DNA of 56,167 nt, counting the filler, from Basidiobolus ranarum (taxonomy: Eukaryota), in the NCBI GenBank assembly GCA_040143965.1. It is 4 parts of 4 records of this genome, joined end to end, with 100 filler letters (N's around TTAATTAATTAA, not from the genome) between each part and the next. Parts side by side here need not be neighbours in the genome. Positions count along the whole stretch, not along the records: positions 1 to 13,990 come from JASJQH010007323.1; positions 14,091 to 28,066 come from JASJQH010007324.1; 2 more parts are not named here. The stretch is one strand, 5' to 3'. The position numbers and the translations under genes were made by a program. A model generated the notes under the pieces. That model was not told where the DNA came from. It saw nothing but the letters and a program-made list of their open reading frames with translations, and made no database searches. Below are positions 12,734 through 25,798 of this stretch, one piece after another; position 1 is the first letter of the stretch, and every line of letters starts with the position of its first letter.

Positions 12734-13990
12734 ATGAGTTTCCTTCAGACGCATCGTTCGATTAAGCTATGGGTTATTGTCATTTCTGCGATAGGATTCA
12801 TTTGTTTAGTTGTTATAACGCCAATTGTCCGTCATGAAAAGAACAAAAACCATCGTGGGGACAACTATAACGAAGTGGCTAAAGTTTATTCAAGTACAGA
12901 GGAACCAAACTTCCACAGTAGATCTGAAATCACTTCATTTAAATCAACTTCCACATTAGCAACTTCATCTACAGTTACAACTACCCCCACAACATCAGCA
13001 ACTACACAAACAACTTCATCTAAAACTTCAACTACCGCTACAGCAACACCTACTCCTGTTTCACCTTGGATTGATCCTGACACTCCGAAGCAGTTTACAA
13101 CCAAGATTGCTGGGGGTCAGAATTTTACTTTGGTGTTCTCTGATGAGTTCGAGAAGGCAGGGCGTACATTTGCTGAAGGTAATGATCCTAAGTGGACTGC
13201 AGTAGATTTGTGGTACTGGGCTACTGGCGACATGGAGTGGTATAGTCCTAATGCCGTTTCTACATCGGATGGTAGCATGAAGATTAGAATGACTAAAGAA
13301 GAGATCAATGGTCACTCATACATGAGCGGTATGGTTCAAAGTTGGAACAAGTTTTGCTTCACTGGCGGAATTCTTGAAGTCAATGTATCTCTCCCAGGAT
13401 CAAGCGAAATTCCTGGTTTCTGGCCGGCTATTTGGACACTAGGTAACTTGGGTAGAGCTGGATACGGAGCCACTACTGATGGTACCTGGCCATATTCTTA
13501 TGATACTTGTGATGCCGCAGTCAGCAAATATCAAAGTATGCCTGCTGGATTCTCTCGACAACCAGGCCAAAGACTTAACAAATGTGTATGTCCTGGTGAA
13601 GATCATCCTAACCCTGGTGTAGGTCGTGGTGCCCCCGAAATTGATATATTTGAAGTATCAATCAATAACCATAAAGTCGGGGTTGCGTCACTATCAGATC
13701 AAGTGGCACCCTTTGACTTAGATTATACTGCGAATGGGAAATATATGCATTTTTATGACACGAAGGCATGGAGAAATGGCTGGCCAGGCGGTCCTTTGCA
13801 GCAATGTGTTTCTGGTGTAGCTGAGGTTCCTCCAAGTGGTTTCGAAGGAAAGGGCTTTCAAGTATATTCATTCGAATATGTACCCGGACCTGAAGGATAC
13901 ATTATCTGGAGAATTAACGATCAAGAGATATGGAGAATGGATGCTGGAGCAATTGGACCTGACCCACGTTCAAAAACAGCCCAAAGACTT
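12734..13990 (+). CDS. KRE6/SKN1-type GH16 protein, copy 2 (3'-truncated by assembly spacer)
   Basis: Same architecture and motifs as copy 1 (GRGAPEIDIFE). Frame stays open into the Ns at 13991. Confidence 0.93.
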
Positions 13991-14090
13991 NNNNNNNNNN
14001 NNNNNNNNNNNNNNNNNNNNNNNNNNNNNNNNNNTTAATTAATTAANNNNNNNNNNNNNNNNNNNNNNNNNNNNNNNNNNNNNNNNNNNN
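13991..14090. other. Artificial contig spacer (44 N + TTAATTAATTAA + 44 N)
   Basis: Six-frame stop linker flanked by equal N runs; the same design occurs three times. Confidence 0.97.
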
Positions 14091-14238
14091 GCAGGGTCAT
14101 TTTCCAATTCTTGAATAAAAATGTACTTCAAAAAGGTGAACGTGTGCATTGCAAGGATATGGACATTAGCCACGAGTAATTTGAGAAGCGGAACATACTG
14201 TGACTTCCACCCAATGCCAGCGATTGAGCTTTTGACTG

Positions 14239-14680
14239 CTATAATCTTTAGAGGTGGTTCCGTAAAGAGAGGAAGAGAAGCAGCAAATTGACCTCTTTTT
14301 TAGTTTACAGATAGAAAAGTTTGTTAAGCATATACTCTCAAAAAACATGACGAGTTACAGCAATGAATTGCATAATTTGTCTACAATTGTTTTGTTCATT
14401 TATCTCATAGTTATCTTATTACGTTTGCTTAGATAGTGGCTTAGCTCAGCTGGATTTGGTGGCTTTGACCGGTTCGTTTGTGACAAGGTACGGGATTGGT
14501 AGCTTAGGCACAAGAATGCCAACATGAGAGTGTGATGGGTATATAATTAATGATCATAAATGAGGACGTTCTGTCTATACGCATATGATCAAGAAACAAA
14601 AGTGCCCACTGCTCTATAATCTTTAGAGGTGGTTCCATAAAGAAATGCAAGAGAAAAACGAACTGACGCCATTTCTTTTA
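14239..14680 (+). repeat. Short direct repeat pair (~14239-14300 and ~14614-14680)
   Basis: ctataatctttagaggtggttcc is identical at 14239-14261 and 14614-14636, followed by looser similarity (taaaga..caagagaa / ggaagagaa). Confidence 0.75.
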
Positions 14681-15716
14681 TTATAGCTTTTTAACATCAC
14701 TGATATATTCTCTTTTAGCAGATTATTTTTGCTTAATGATGCCAATGTCTGAAAGATAACCGGGTTTTGTATCAAAAATAAGAGCAATTGTATTTCCAAT
14801 CGTCTCATTTTAGAGTAAAACACTGTATAATTTATTGGTTTGTATACATGCATACATCCTACAAAGATAGATGATTTAGTTTTCCTACAGAAATAAACGT
14901 AAAAATGTTACTAATTGATCAACATGACATTAACATAACGATTACTTAATTACTGTGAATTAATGAACCAGTAAACTTCATATCAAATGAAATCTCCTGC
15001 TTTAAGGATTACTTCGTTAGCTTCCAATCTAAATCAATCTGATAGGGCAGGGATCTGATTACATCGAAAATTCCCACCACTAGTTGCTAAACATTGAGTA
15101 GAATCCTTTAGTGAGGCCTTAGACATATGGCACTGACCTACTTCGAGTTGAGCTAAACGAAAGGGATTTTGAGGATAAGAGCGCATGCATATCACCTTAT
15201 CTGTTACAGATTGTTTGCTTGTGATGTGTAGGGAAGCACGACAGAAGTAATTTAGCATTGATAAGCTCCGTGCTTAGCTTGAATCTAATGAAAATCCCAT
15301 CTGGTCCGTGGTAATCGCTGTAGTAATGGTCTTGGACAAAACCGAATTTATGTTTAAACTCAGCGTATACTCACATATGTGCCCAACACAATATATCAAG
15401 TTCAATCGCATTGAAATCCACTAGATATGATATACTCTAAAGAGGTTTTCCAAGTCAAACTTCAAGTACCTGCACTTCGATGTAGTCAAGGTACAAAACC
15501 ATGCAACACTGTGTTTTTAACCTGGGAGTAACAATTGGGCTTGGCGATTAGCATTTCAAGACGTTTGTGTATCAGATAATGTCTTGGGATGGATTATATA
15601 ATGGTAGAGGTATGCTATGTTCAGTTGTAGCAGTGTCCATCTCTCTAACCCTTCAGATAGGAACTCATTCATTCACTTGTAACTTGCACCAAATCCTCTG
15701 TAAACCTGATTCTAAA

Positions 15717-16409
15717 ATGAAACCATTCTTTGTCCTTGCATTTGTAATCACTTCTTTCACTTTGGTAGCATCCCAACAGGATATGAAAAAAACTCAAGGT
15801 AAGTATGGAAGAGTATCTTTGTAAAAATAACTGTAAACATTAATTACCTTTTAATGAAGTCGTGGGATGCTTATCTAAATGTGAACAAGATAGTGATCAG
15901 TGGGTAAAATGCGCAGGCGACTGTGTTGGTGTACCGCTTTCAGGTGATCAGAATGGTTCGTACATTTTAACCATGGAAGCATTAAATCTTTGAAGTACTA
16001 TAACTTAAAAACCATTCTCCTAGAAACCTCACAAGAGGCAAAAGAGTGCTTCCACGAATGCGAAGATGAAGATGGCGACTGTTATGAAAAATGTATTGGT
16101 AATCACTTTCAAGTTGACAAATTAACTAAAGAGCCATCGATTACAGCCTCTACTAGTAGTACAGTAAGTATTAAGAAAGTTAAAGAAACTCCTACTATGA
16201 CATCGAATTCCTCGAAACCCACCCAAATATCTGGAAGAGCTCAGAATGCTAGTAAAACAACTAAAACTACTTCCAACACCACTAATGCAAATAACCGCAC
16301 ACCTACTGGTTTCGTGCCACAACTAAACGAGTCCTATCAGAGCACTGCTTCACTACTAGTATTCCCCATGGTGTTATTGCTATCTTTACAAATAAGCGGA
16401 CTCTTCTAA
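15717..16409 (+). CDS. Small secreted Cys-rich, Ser/Thr-rich, probably GPI-anchored protein, copy 1 (3 exons)
   Basis: Signal peptide MKPFFVLAFVITSFTLVAS. Exon 2 reads GCLSKCEQDSDQWVKCAGDCVGVP and exon 3 ECFHECEDEDGDCYEKCIGNHF, then a Thr-rich stalk and hydrophobic C-terminus. Two phase-1 GT-AG introns (first 15799-15859). Confidence 0.85.
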
Positions 16410-17001
16410 CTCTTGAAAATGATGTCCATTCCTTTTTCATGTCATAATACTATTAATAACTTCGAGTTGTATACTTATTTAACACACGCTATAACCGAAG
16501 TGAAATATTTCACTTTGACTTGGAATGATAAACGAATAACCCTCTAAAGAAAGTTTCCATTAGCACTGTTCGATGCAAAATAAAGAGATTACTAGATTAA
16601 ATTCACATACTAAACTTTATATTCTTTCCTGAGATGATTTCCACTTATGGAGGTTTAGCGCAATGATAAATAACACACATCATACTTCAAAAATAGAAGC
16701 GACAGCTTGACTTCCATGAAACCCTCATCATCAAGATATATATCAGTATACAACGGATAGCATGTGGTGCGTTGAAATGGTTCCCAGTTGCTAATGTTTT
16801 ATCGCAAATAAATCCAAGTTTCAAACCATATTGGAGATACGATCAAGCAAATAAGCAACTGATGCACTAGGAGAAATCCTCAAACTTGTTGACTCTATTT
16901 TGTACTGAAGACTTTATATAGTGTGAATTTTCACCGAACTGTTACATTCTAATTTTCATATTCAAACTAGCATTCCAACATTCCCTTGTTTACTGTGAAG
17001 T

Positions 17002-17694
17002 ATGATGTTCTCCATCGTTCTTACACTCGTCTTCTTAACTCTCATAGCCGCTCAAGATAATGGTCAAGCTGTTCGAGGTGTGTACTTTGAATCGAAAGTA
17101 GTGAGTGAAGCTCAATAATCTGATGATATAAATTCTTTATTAGGATGCCTTTCAAAGTGTGATCAGGGTAGTGCCTTGTGGATGACTTGTGCCACCGAAT
17201 GTGTTGATACGCTGCACTCGATTAATAAAAATGGTATGTTCTCTTCACCCAACTGAATATTTTATGTGTTGACTAATGGTTCTGGTTAATTCAATAACAA
17301 AATAAAAGATGTGAAGGATTGTTTAAACCAATGCGGCAGTGATGGACACTGTTTAGACACTTGTATAGGTTCGCATTTCCCTGGTAGCAATTCTGATGAT
17401 TCTCAGCCAAATAATCCTCCAGATACCAACACTAAAGTCACTATCGACGGTAACCCCAATCCTGGTATTGTGACTAGCAGAACGGGAGCGACTATCTCGG
17501 TATCCAATACCAATGGACAACCTGCTAAAACATCAGGTCAAAGTGACGCGATGATTCACGCATCGAGTTTGGCAAATCCAACCACAACCAACCCACCAAC
17601 ACCAGCTATTCCAAAGAGTGAGGCTACCAAGAACGGGATCATAGTGCTGACTAGTGGAATGACAATACTTGGTCTGGCTTATAGACTCTACTAA
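17002..17694 (+). CDS. Small secreted Cys-rich, probably GPI-anchored protein, copy 2 (3 exons)
   Basis: Signal peptide MMFSIVLTLVFLTLIAA. Exon 2 reads GCLSKCDQGSALWMTCATECV and exon 3 DCLNQCGSDGHCLDTCIGSHF, then a low-complexity stalk and hydrophobic tail. Same intron phases as copy 1. Confidence 0.85.
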
Positions 17695-18339
17695 ACCCAT
17701 CAAAATTGACCCTCACAAGCATCTTGTTAGCCCGTGTTCATGAGATGTTGTCATCTAGAAATATTGAATTATACCAGACCAACTGTGTAAATAAAATGTT
17801 CTGCTCTAATATTTTATTCTACTAGTTGTTAAGATCTGAGTCATAATAGTAAGCATAAACAAGTACTATTTAACAACTTGAGTGGCAATTCCAATCCATA
17901 AAGCCAGCGTGGATATATGTATTTCTATTCGTCTGAGGACTCACGATGTGAGTGGGTTAGAGGAACATACGTTGTGGTTACTCCTCATCGGAAATGTTGA
18001 CTAACTGGTTCATACATTCAGTATGGCCACACTAGTCAAAGACAGAGAGTACGATAAGAGGTTGTTCTGTTCTCAGCCTAAGTAGCCCAGTTGTAACCCT
18101 TTGTTGGGGGATGTTATAAACAATTGAATGTGGTGTTTATTTGCTGGCTCTTTAGATAAGGAATTGGATGAAAAGTTAGGCTAACAACAGGTAAGGACAG
18201 TGACTATATTGGTTATAAAATGATTGAAGTAGGGAATCAGGAATTAGGTTAGATACAAGTGGAGAGAAGATTTGATGATACAAAAAATATAAAGCACAGC
18301 TGATGATGGTCCATATTGAATTTGGGGAACACGCAAGTA

Positions 18340-19612
18340 TTAGTTAGCATACATTGTATCACACCAGCCGTTGATCGGTAGACAACTGAAATATTTGCAC
18401 CATGGACAATAGACATTGGCATCGGTCCCACTGTAGAACCCGCGTAATCCCACCGTAAATAGGACAATAACTATCGCCAGTCCAAACACCATGAGCCCAC
18501 GCTTGATCCATTTGTCAGCCGAGGAGATGTGGATTGTTGGAAGTAGGAGTAAAGAAGAAAATATTCCACATATAAAGCCACCGATGTGAGCAAAGTTGTC
18601 GATGCTGGGCAATAGTCCCAGCGCAAAATTGATAATCAGAAGGATTATCATCTTGGTCAGCTCGCGGCAAGGATTCTCTATTAGCCTCCAATGCTGAACT
18701 AGATCCACGACCTGGCACCCAATAAGACCAAACAATGCACCAGATGCTCCTACAGAGGGCATGTTGGGTGGAGCGAAATTGGCGCCAAAAATGAACCCTC
18801 CAATTCCAGAGATCATGTAAAGCAATGCCATTCGGAATGGACCCATATCACGCTCCATTTGTGCACCATTGCCTAGTTGATAGACCATGTTCATGATGTA
18901 ATGAAGAACACCACCATGTAAAAATATCGGCGTTATGAAACGAAACCACTGGTTGGGTGCGGCGCCATGGAACCCACCGAATCCACAAACAGTCTCCAAT
19001 TCGCACTTATTGCCGGTACTGCACAGCATCTCTTGGCCTAAGTATGGTGTAGTGCGCATACAAGGAACATACCTGGCTCCAACATTAATCAAAGTCTACA
19101 TAGTATACTCAATTAGTACTATATTGGGATATGGTGTAGTGAAAAAGCTATTATACCTCAGGTGCAGGGCCAATTAGCCAATTGAAATAGGGTTTAGTTT
19201 GAATCCAACTTCCTGTAAGTTGTGAGTTTCTGTACAATGAGTATATCAAAAGAATCAGTTGTCCGGCGCTCACTATGCGAATAAACCAGGGCGTCCAGTA
19301 TTTCTTTTTAGCCAGCTGCTTTTTAATTTTGGCCGTACGTCGACTCTCTACTGAAACACTGGTAAACTCTCCAGTCTCAGTGCGTGCTTCTAAAGGATAG
19401 TAAGAGGTATTTTGTGGTGGATACGTGTCGGAAGGTGGTGCTGGTGCCATACTAAAAGGAGTATTCTCCTGAGCGTTTAAAGTCCTTACATATTCCTCTT
19501 CCGATTCAGTGTGAATTTTCTTTCGCTCATGTGCCACATTGGAAGACTCATTTAATACAGAGATCTTATCGTAGTCCTTTGAAGGGGTTGATTGAGTTGC
19601 CGAATGCGACAT
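18340..19612 (-). CDS. Rhomboid-family intramembrane serine protease (2 exons; intron 19156-19096)
   Basis: QWFRFITPIFLHGGVLHYIMN, catalytic VGASGALFG and IDNFAHIGG, Cys-containing loop and C-terminus. 61-nt GT-AG intron joins GPAPE to TLINVGARYVPCM. Confidence 0.95.
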
Positions 19613-22600
19613 TATTCTCGTTATGTGAAGGAAGAACGTACAGAGAAGAAAATTTCACTATTAACTGTTGAATAATGGGTGAGAAGCAACAATCCTTAAT
19701 AGCTTGTGTAAAAAGCCAGAATGATATGCAATATATTATTCCGAAAGTAAGATGGTTGGGTACGACTGTAATTAAACTACGTTTACCCTCAGTAATGTAA
19801 TACACCTTACACAATCACTTTTGAACGGATGGTCCTATTTATCAAATCTGAGTTTGGTGGGTCTTGGCAAAATTAACCCTAATAAATAACAAGAATGGGC
19901 TGGGATCACGATAGCCGCCATTTCTCGGCCCCCTACCATATATGTTCAATTTAATTAGCTTAACCTTCCTCAAACACTGAGATGGTAACACCATAGAATC
20001 CCTCCATACGCTCACTTATTTTTAGCACCTCGGATTGATTGGCCGTTTGTAACCTTAAATGCACCGGAATGGCATAGAATTAATCACAGTACAGATCAAG
20101 CCTTAATAACAATGTCCCTGCATCAAGATGAAGGCTTTGATTCTATTGATCAACTTCAGACATTAAATAGATATGTGATTCAGTGTACAAGTTGGGCTTT
20201 TCATTGTCTGGCTGTGTTGTGAGCACATCAAGTCGCTTTAAAGCTCCTAGTTGCACGAAGATATCTGTGATAGGCATAGATGCCCGCTTAAATAATATCA
20301 ACTGACTGAGTATTTCCAGGCTGTAAACGATAGTACTGAGTGCTTGCCCAAAATCTCGTGACTATGCGAAACAGAGCAGTTACAGTTGGTTTTCAGATGT
20401 CTAAGCAAGTTTTGTAAGCAAAAGGGTATTTTCAAGCCCTTGAGGAAAGATGGTTGTGATGTGGATTAAACTTATCGTCTATCTATGCACGCCTAAATGA
20501 ACTTCGAGAAAGGTATTGTTGGCTGTAATCCGTGCTTTTTTGCTGGAATTTACCGGTGTCAGTCACATTGCTTTCCAGAGAGTCTTTAAAAGTACTCTTA
20601 TCAGAATGTACTTGTTTGGATCAGCATTACATCCAAATTCTACTTATTATGCTTCTGTAGAGAATCTGACTTTTGAGCTTGAGTGTACTTTTTGCTGCGA
20701 TTCAAAGCACTATTACAATACAATGATCATGGACCAAATGAATCGTATCAGTATGGAAACTGCAGCTGGACTATATTTGGAGTACTTCAGGACCAATCGG
20801 TTCCAATATTCCCAAAGGATGAGCTGTCATTTTTAATCTTGGGAAACCTTCAGGATATATCTGAGGAGATTCACTCCATATCTCAACGTGGCTATCATAT
20901 CGCGCATTCCATCAACAATTCATGATTCACCACTTGCATGAATTTTGTACTACGTGGCAATCTATCCAATGGATGGAGAGTTGGTTTAAGCTGGCCTTTT
21001 CCTTTCTTCACTGGTTTGTTTGCTTAAACCAAGCATAATGTTGCGGATTCAACACCTCAAGTAGAGATATTATTTCACTATTGCACCTTTATCATGCTGT
21101 ACCACAAGATGCATATGAATACACCCATTTACTTTGAAACAGAATATCAACATATATATCTCTCTCTGCACCAAGTTGAAACACAACTCATCTACAACAT
21201 TCTCATTTTGACTAATACCTACACAAACAGTATCCATTTGACACTCTAAAGATTTTTGTTATCATATACCAAGGATATTACTAATAATAATATCTTTTAT
21301 ATATATCATGTGCTTGGAAAATGAGTTGGGATATTCAATAATTGCTTAAAATACATAACAGCCCAATATAGTATATTTATTGCACTGAAGAGTACCTTAA
21401 GTCTGGTTCTCCTTTGCATGAGATTAGCATTCTGTAATAATAGAATGCTATTTGGAGAGTGTGGTATTGATCAACTTCAACCATAGAAGGAGTGCCAGTC
21501 TACTGATTGCTGGTAATTTCCAACATTGATAAAATGTAAGTCCCATGGTAATCACGAAAACTAACTAATAGAACTCTATACATATATACCTAAAATAAAT
21601 AGACTGTTCAATATCACACGCATCTCCGAATTACTAACTTACCAGATATCCTGAAGCTCCCCGCTTTTTTTTAAGTAATTGAATATTACTCATGCATTAA
21701 ATATACGAACATAGACTGCCTTAAATAGAGCTTCGGATTTCAACATTAATACCAGCTATCATCCTTCTCCTGACACCACATAATTAGTTTTCACGGAGCG
21801 TTTTATACGAGTAATCTGGTCATCTTAACGATGAACAAATGAAGAGTAAACCCGTTAGAATTCTGGCGTTATTTCCTACCAAAAGAGGAGCAAACCACCG
21901 TTTCACACAGGCTGAAAAGAAGGGTCGGGAATTCATCAAGCTCATCCTATCCTAATTTGCCATCAATCTCGATCGAGCATAATTGACACATGATGATTCG
22001 CTAAGTCGACCCCTAATTGGGGCTTTACTTTTACTGACTTGCCAAATGGCTCAGTGCAACTATTAGTCGGAACTCTAAATGAAACATAGGTTGCTTTCAT
22101 TCACATTGTTACTATTCACTAATAACTATCCTGTAATACTCATAATGGAGCTCTAGATAAACTCCATTTTTCCGCTTGCCTAAAAACCAAAAAGGAAACA
22201 TTTACAGTTCCCTTACACAACCCCCAAATAATGATTAAGATTGGAGTACTGATTTGGACGTTGAAGGAGCAGATTATCTTGATGTCATTGCCAAATGGGT
22301 CACTCTTTTGAGTGCTCGAGTTGATAGGATGGAGTGATACTCATGTGCTATGTTTGCGATATTGCTACTTGTTTACAGAAAAATGGAAATCTTAGCCATG
22401 AGATGCCAACTCGCATGGAGTGATAAAGTATCACGGTGGGAACAAGTTCCAGATAAATCTTCAAATCTGTGCATATTCAAGATCGAATGAAGCATATATA
22501 GAGGTTTCGTTCATGTGCCATGTGTGACATATCATCGGGATCTTGATCACAAGCAACACACTGTTAGGTCACCAATGCGATTGACATCAGAGGCTTCTAG

Positions 22601-22860
22601 AAATGAGGAAAACGAATCGATCATTCATCAGATATTAAACTTCGTGATCTTAGGAGAGTGAAATATGAAGGTTGATTGGGAATTATTTATTGAGTATTGC
22701 TAGTAGTTGTCGAATCTACGACACCGTTACGCCATAAGCACTCTTGGGGGTATATGGGTTGGAGATTAATGATGATTAAAATTAAAAAAACCTTCCATTA
22801 TGCTAAAAGTGAACACTGGTTGAAACGGAAGCACAGAACATGTGGTGTACTCTATTAGTA

Positions 22861-23828
22861 TTACATCTCATTCATGGTCAACGCGGCTTTCTCGTCCACT
22901 ACATTGTTAAACAACTTCAAACGTCCAGGGTGGATGACGATAAACGAAAGGTACCCAATAATGATCAGTAGAGTATCAAACCCATAGAAGTATTCTTCAT
23001 GAGTCGAGACATATCCATCATAACCTCCCAAGAATTCTACTAATCGATATATTGAACGAGCAACCAACATGACGATATTGATGTAAATTGGGATGTAGAT
23101 AATGCGCCACCGACTCTCGTTGTATTCAGCATTAGGACCCGCGAATCTCAGCCGTAATTTCTTATCTAACATCATCGTTGTGGTGACCCAGGTGAAGACC
23201 AAGAGAGAGGCCAGAGCAATCACTAGTCCAATAACCACCACTATTTTCCCTATATTGGCTGTCTTCATGGATGCTGTGAGTCCACCACCAGCACCTTGAA
23301 TCATGAATGAGATTCCATCGAGAATGACAAAGAATTTCTCTACAACGGCTGGTGTGAAGAATTTGAACTATGCATCTGAAGACCTAATGCTACATGAATG
23401 AGTGAGATTAGATATGGCGTACCGAGATGACTTATTTACTATTGAACTTACAGTTTGGCCACTGTCAAGTAGCTTCCAAGGGCAAGCACCAATGGCGACA
23501 ACAAAACAAACAGTTCCATTGCAATTCGGGAACCCAGCACATCTGGATGTTTTGCAGAATTTGCTCGTATGAAGTAGCCGATAAGGTCCGCTGATATGAG
23601 AGTAATAATAAGTGATGATCAGTAACGATGAATGTGTTAAGGAATCTAAGTACTCTATACAAAGAGAAATCAACCTGTCGCAGCTATGCTTACAACCATC
23701 ATGTACCGTGTTTTGTAACGAAGATTAAGAGCTGTGATTACAATAGCAAGAAGGGTGTGAATAGCTCCTGCCACAATAGCTAAAACAAAGCTAGGTTCAA
23801 AACCGAAGACATTATGTCGTGATAACAT
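22861..23828 (-). pseudogene. RTA1/RSB1-family membrane protein with one in-frame TAG (23370-23368); 3 exons
   Basis: FGFEPSF..., ADLIGYFIR...LSPLVLALGSYLTVAKL, IRSSDA*FKFFTPAVVEKFFVILDGISFMIQGAGGGL and RSIYRLVEF...HEEYFYGFD...HPG are RTA1 hallmarks. Introns 23674-23591 and 23451-23390. The start could instead be the ATG at 23855. Confidence 0.8.
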
Positions 23829-25798
23829 TCTACTACAGAACTTCTGTCTACCCATCAGCACTTAAATATCCATTTTCAATCCACTATTATTGGAATGTGT
23901 CCTACCTAATAAGCTACCAGTTAACAGTGATAATAATTTAATCTCGGAGAATTAGCCTCCGGAGCTCCTTTCAATTCCTTTCATCATTAGGTCACATCAA
24001 CTCTCGGAATATTTTGACCATCTTTTAAGTGGAGGACTAACCAATCTAGAGTTGGAATAACAAGTTTTTGTATCCACCATTACAAAACAAGCAGTTATAA
24101 CACAGTGCTGTAGGGCGTTTACAAGTTCTTGGTGTAACCTCTTGGCAGTGATGTTGTACTGTCTATTGTTAAGTTAATCTTTGTATTTCTTGATTTGATT
24201 ATGTCGCAATCCTCATTTTTCTACTTAAAGCAGTAGTGTCAAGGAATGCTTTTTCAATTGGATATGTTAATATCAACTAGATCCATTAGAGCCATGCTTA
24301 AACTCTGGAAGTGAGCGACAACTATCATCACCATCTCTAGTTGGGTTTGATACTAACAACCATAATCGTCATGATTAAAAGTCCCCTAAGAGCTTCTACA
24401 CGTTATTTCGCTAGGAGCAATCCAGATTCACAAATACGAAGTTCGGTCTAGTTTAATCTGTTCCCTTCAACCTCATTAAACAATTGTAGCTAGGGAAAAA
24501 CTATCCAAGCCATATTGGGAGTGAGCAAGCCAGTAATAGCATTCATTTCAGGCGAGTAGTGGAAGGGGAAGAGACATTTACCAACAGAAACGATTGTTTC
24601 ATTACACTATCTTATTTAGCCGAGTTAATTGAGGAAGCATAACCACTGCCAACCAAAAAACTAAGGTTGCAATGATTCACCTTGAGCAGTACCATCGGAT
24701 TACTGTAAATAATAATTTATGAGATTTAATTTACATCGGTGATTGAGCCCTGTAGCGACAAGAGACTGGGTTATTTAGGAAGCGCAGCCACCGCAAAGAG
24801 AAGGCGATGGTTTGTGAATCTGACAGGGGTGAACACGGTAAACGAGTTACTTGTATGTTAACTTGAATCGTAACTAGAGCTGTATATATATGATTATTAT
24901 CAATATTTCAGAGTGATTACTTCATGGAAATTAGATAAATTGATATATTTGTGGAGTACCGCATATAGCAGTGTAGATAGAGGCGCATTTACCAAAGTTA
25001 ATACAACTGTAAATTCGGCCAAATCAACCATTTTAGAGCTCCTGGATATGATGTGATTGTAACTCAGTAGTGTACATGTTAGAAATATCATCAGTAAGCT
25101 AGTGTATCGTGTATCTCATTTCTCCGCACCAACATTCCGTTGCTCATTTTATATATTGTATAGAATATACCATAATAGTGACCCAAGTGTTGGCATTGCT
25201 ATATACTATAGTCAAGCATATTAATAATCATAGAATATGTTGATCAAGCTTATTATATTTGGATACCTCTTAAGTTTGCATTAAAACATACATGGCATAT
25301 GTCTGATAGATGTAGAGAAAGTCCATTTTCTGATATTGTCTTAGATTTCTCACAATTCCCCCAACTATTATTGCCAATGATTTGCAATGTGATTATCAAT
25401 GTTCCCTTTCAGCATAATAGTACAAAGATCATATTAATTCATTTATAATACTATACTCGAGGATTCACAACCAGAAGTTATATCCATACTGAATTTTCAG
25501 TATTTACCTTGCCAATACATGCCCTAATTGAAATTCTCAAAACTGTCACTCCAACTTACTAAAGACACTTGGTATCTATGGTAAATACATAAAAATTAAG
25601 GTTGTGTGTATCCCAATCCAATAAGTACTTTCAATTTATCCCGAATATTCACAAAAATCATCACAAATGATGCTCCTTAGAATATACATTTGGCTTTCAG
25701 CAAGCAGACACTGATCCAGCTCAATGTGGTCCCAGATGGTTCTTCATCCATCTTATTTGAGCGCTTCCGATTGTTGTATTTACAATTAAATGCATTAT

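Noticed and set aside
14035..14046. TTAATTAATTAA as a biological motif (e.g. piggyBac TTAA target or regulatory site)
   Set aside because: It is embedded in symmetric N runs three times and is a synthetic six-frame stop linker.
6792..23370. TAG reassignment (alternative genetic code) suggested by in-frame TAGs in two genes
   Set aside because: TAG terminates TIM50, the OBG GTPase and SVF1 at plausible C-termini, long genes such as PCK1 have no internal TAG, and the HIT locus has other lesions.
24930..25060. Kinase-like fragment (INFGKCASIYTAICGTPQIY) on the minus strand
   Set aside because: Short, DFG-to-CGTP spacing is atypical, flanked by stops, and no other kinase subdomain found; likely chance.
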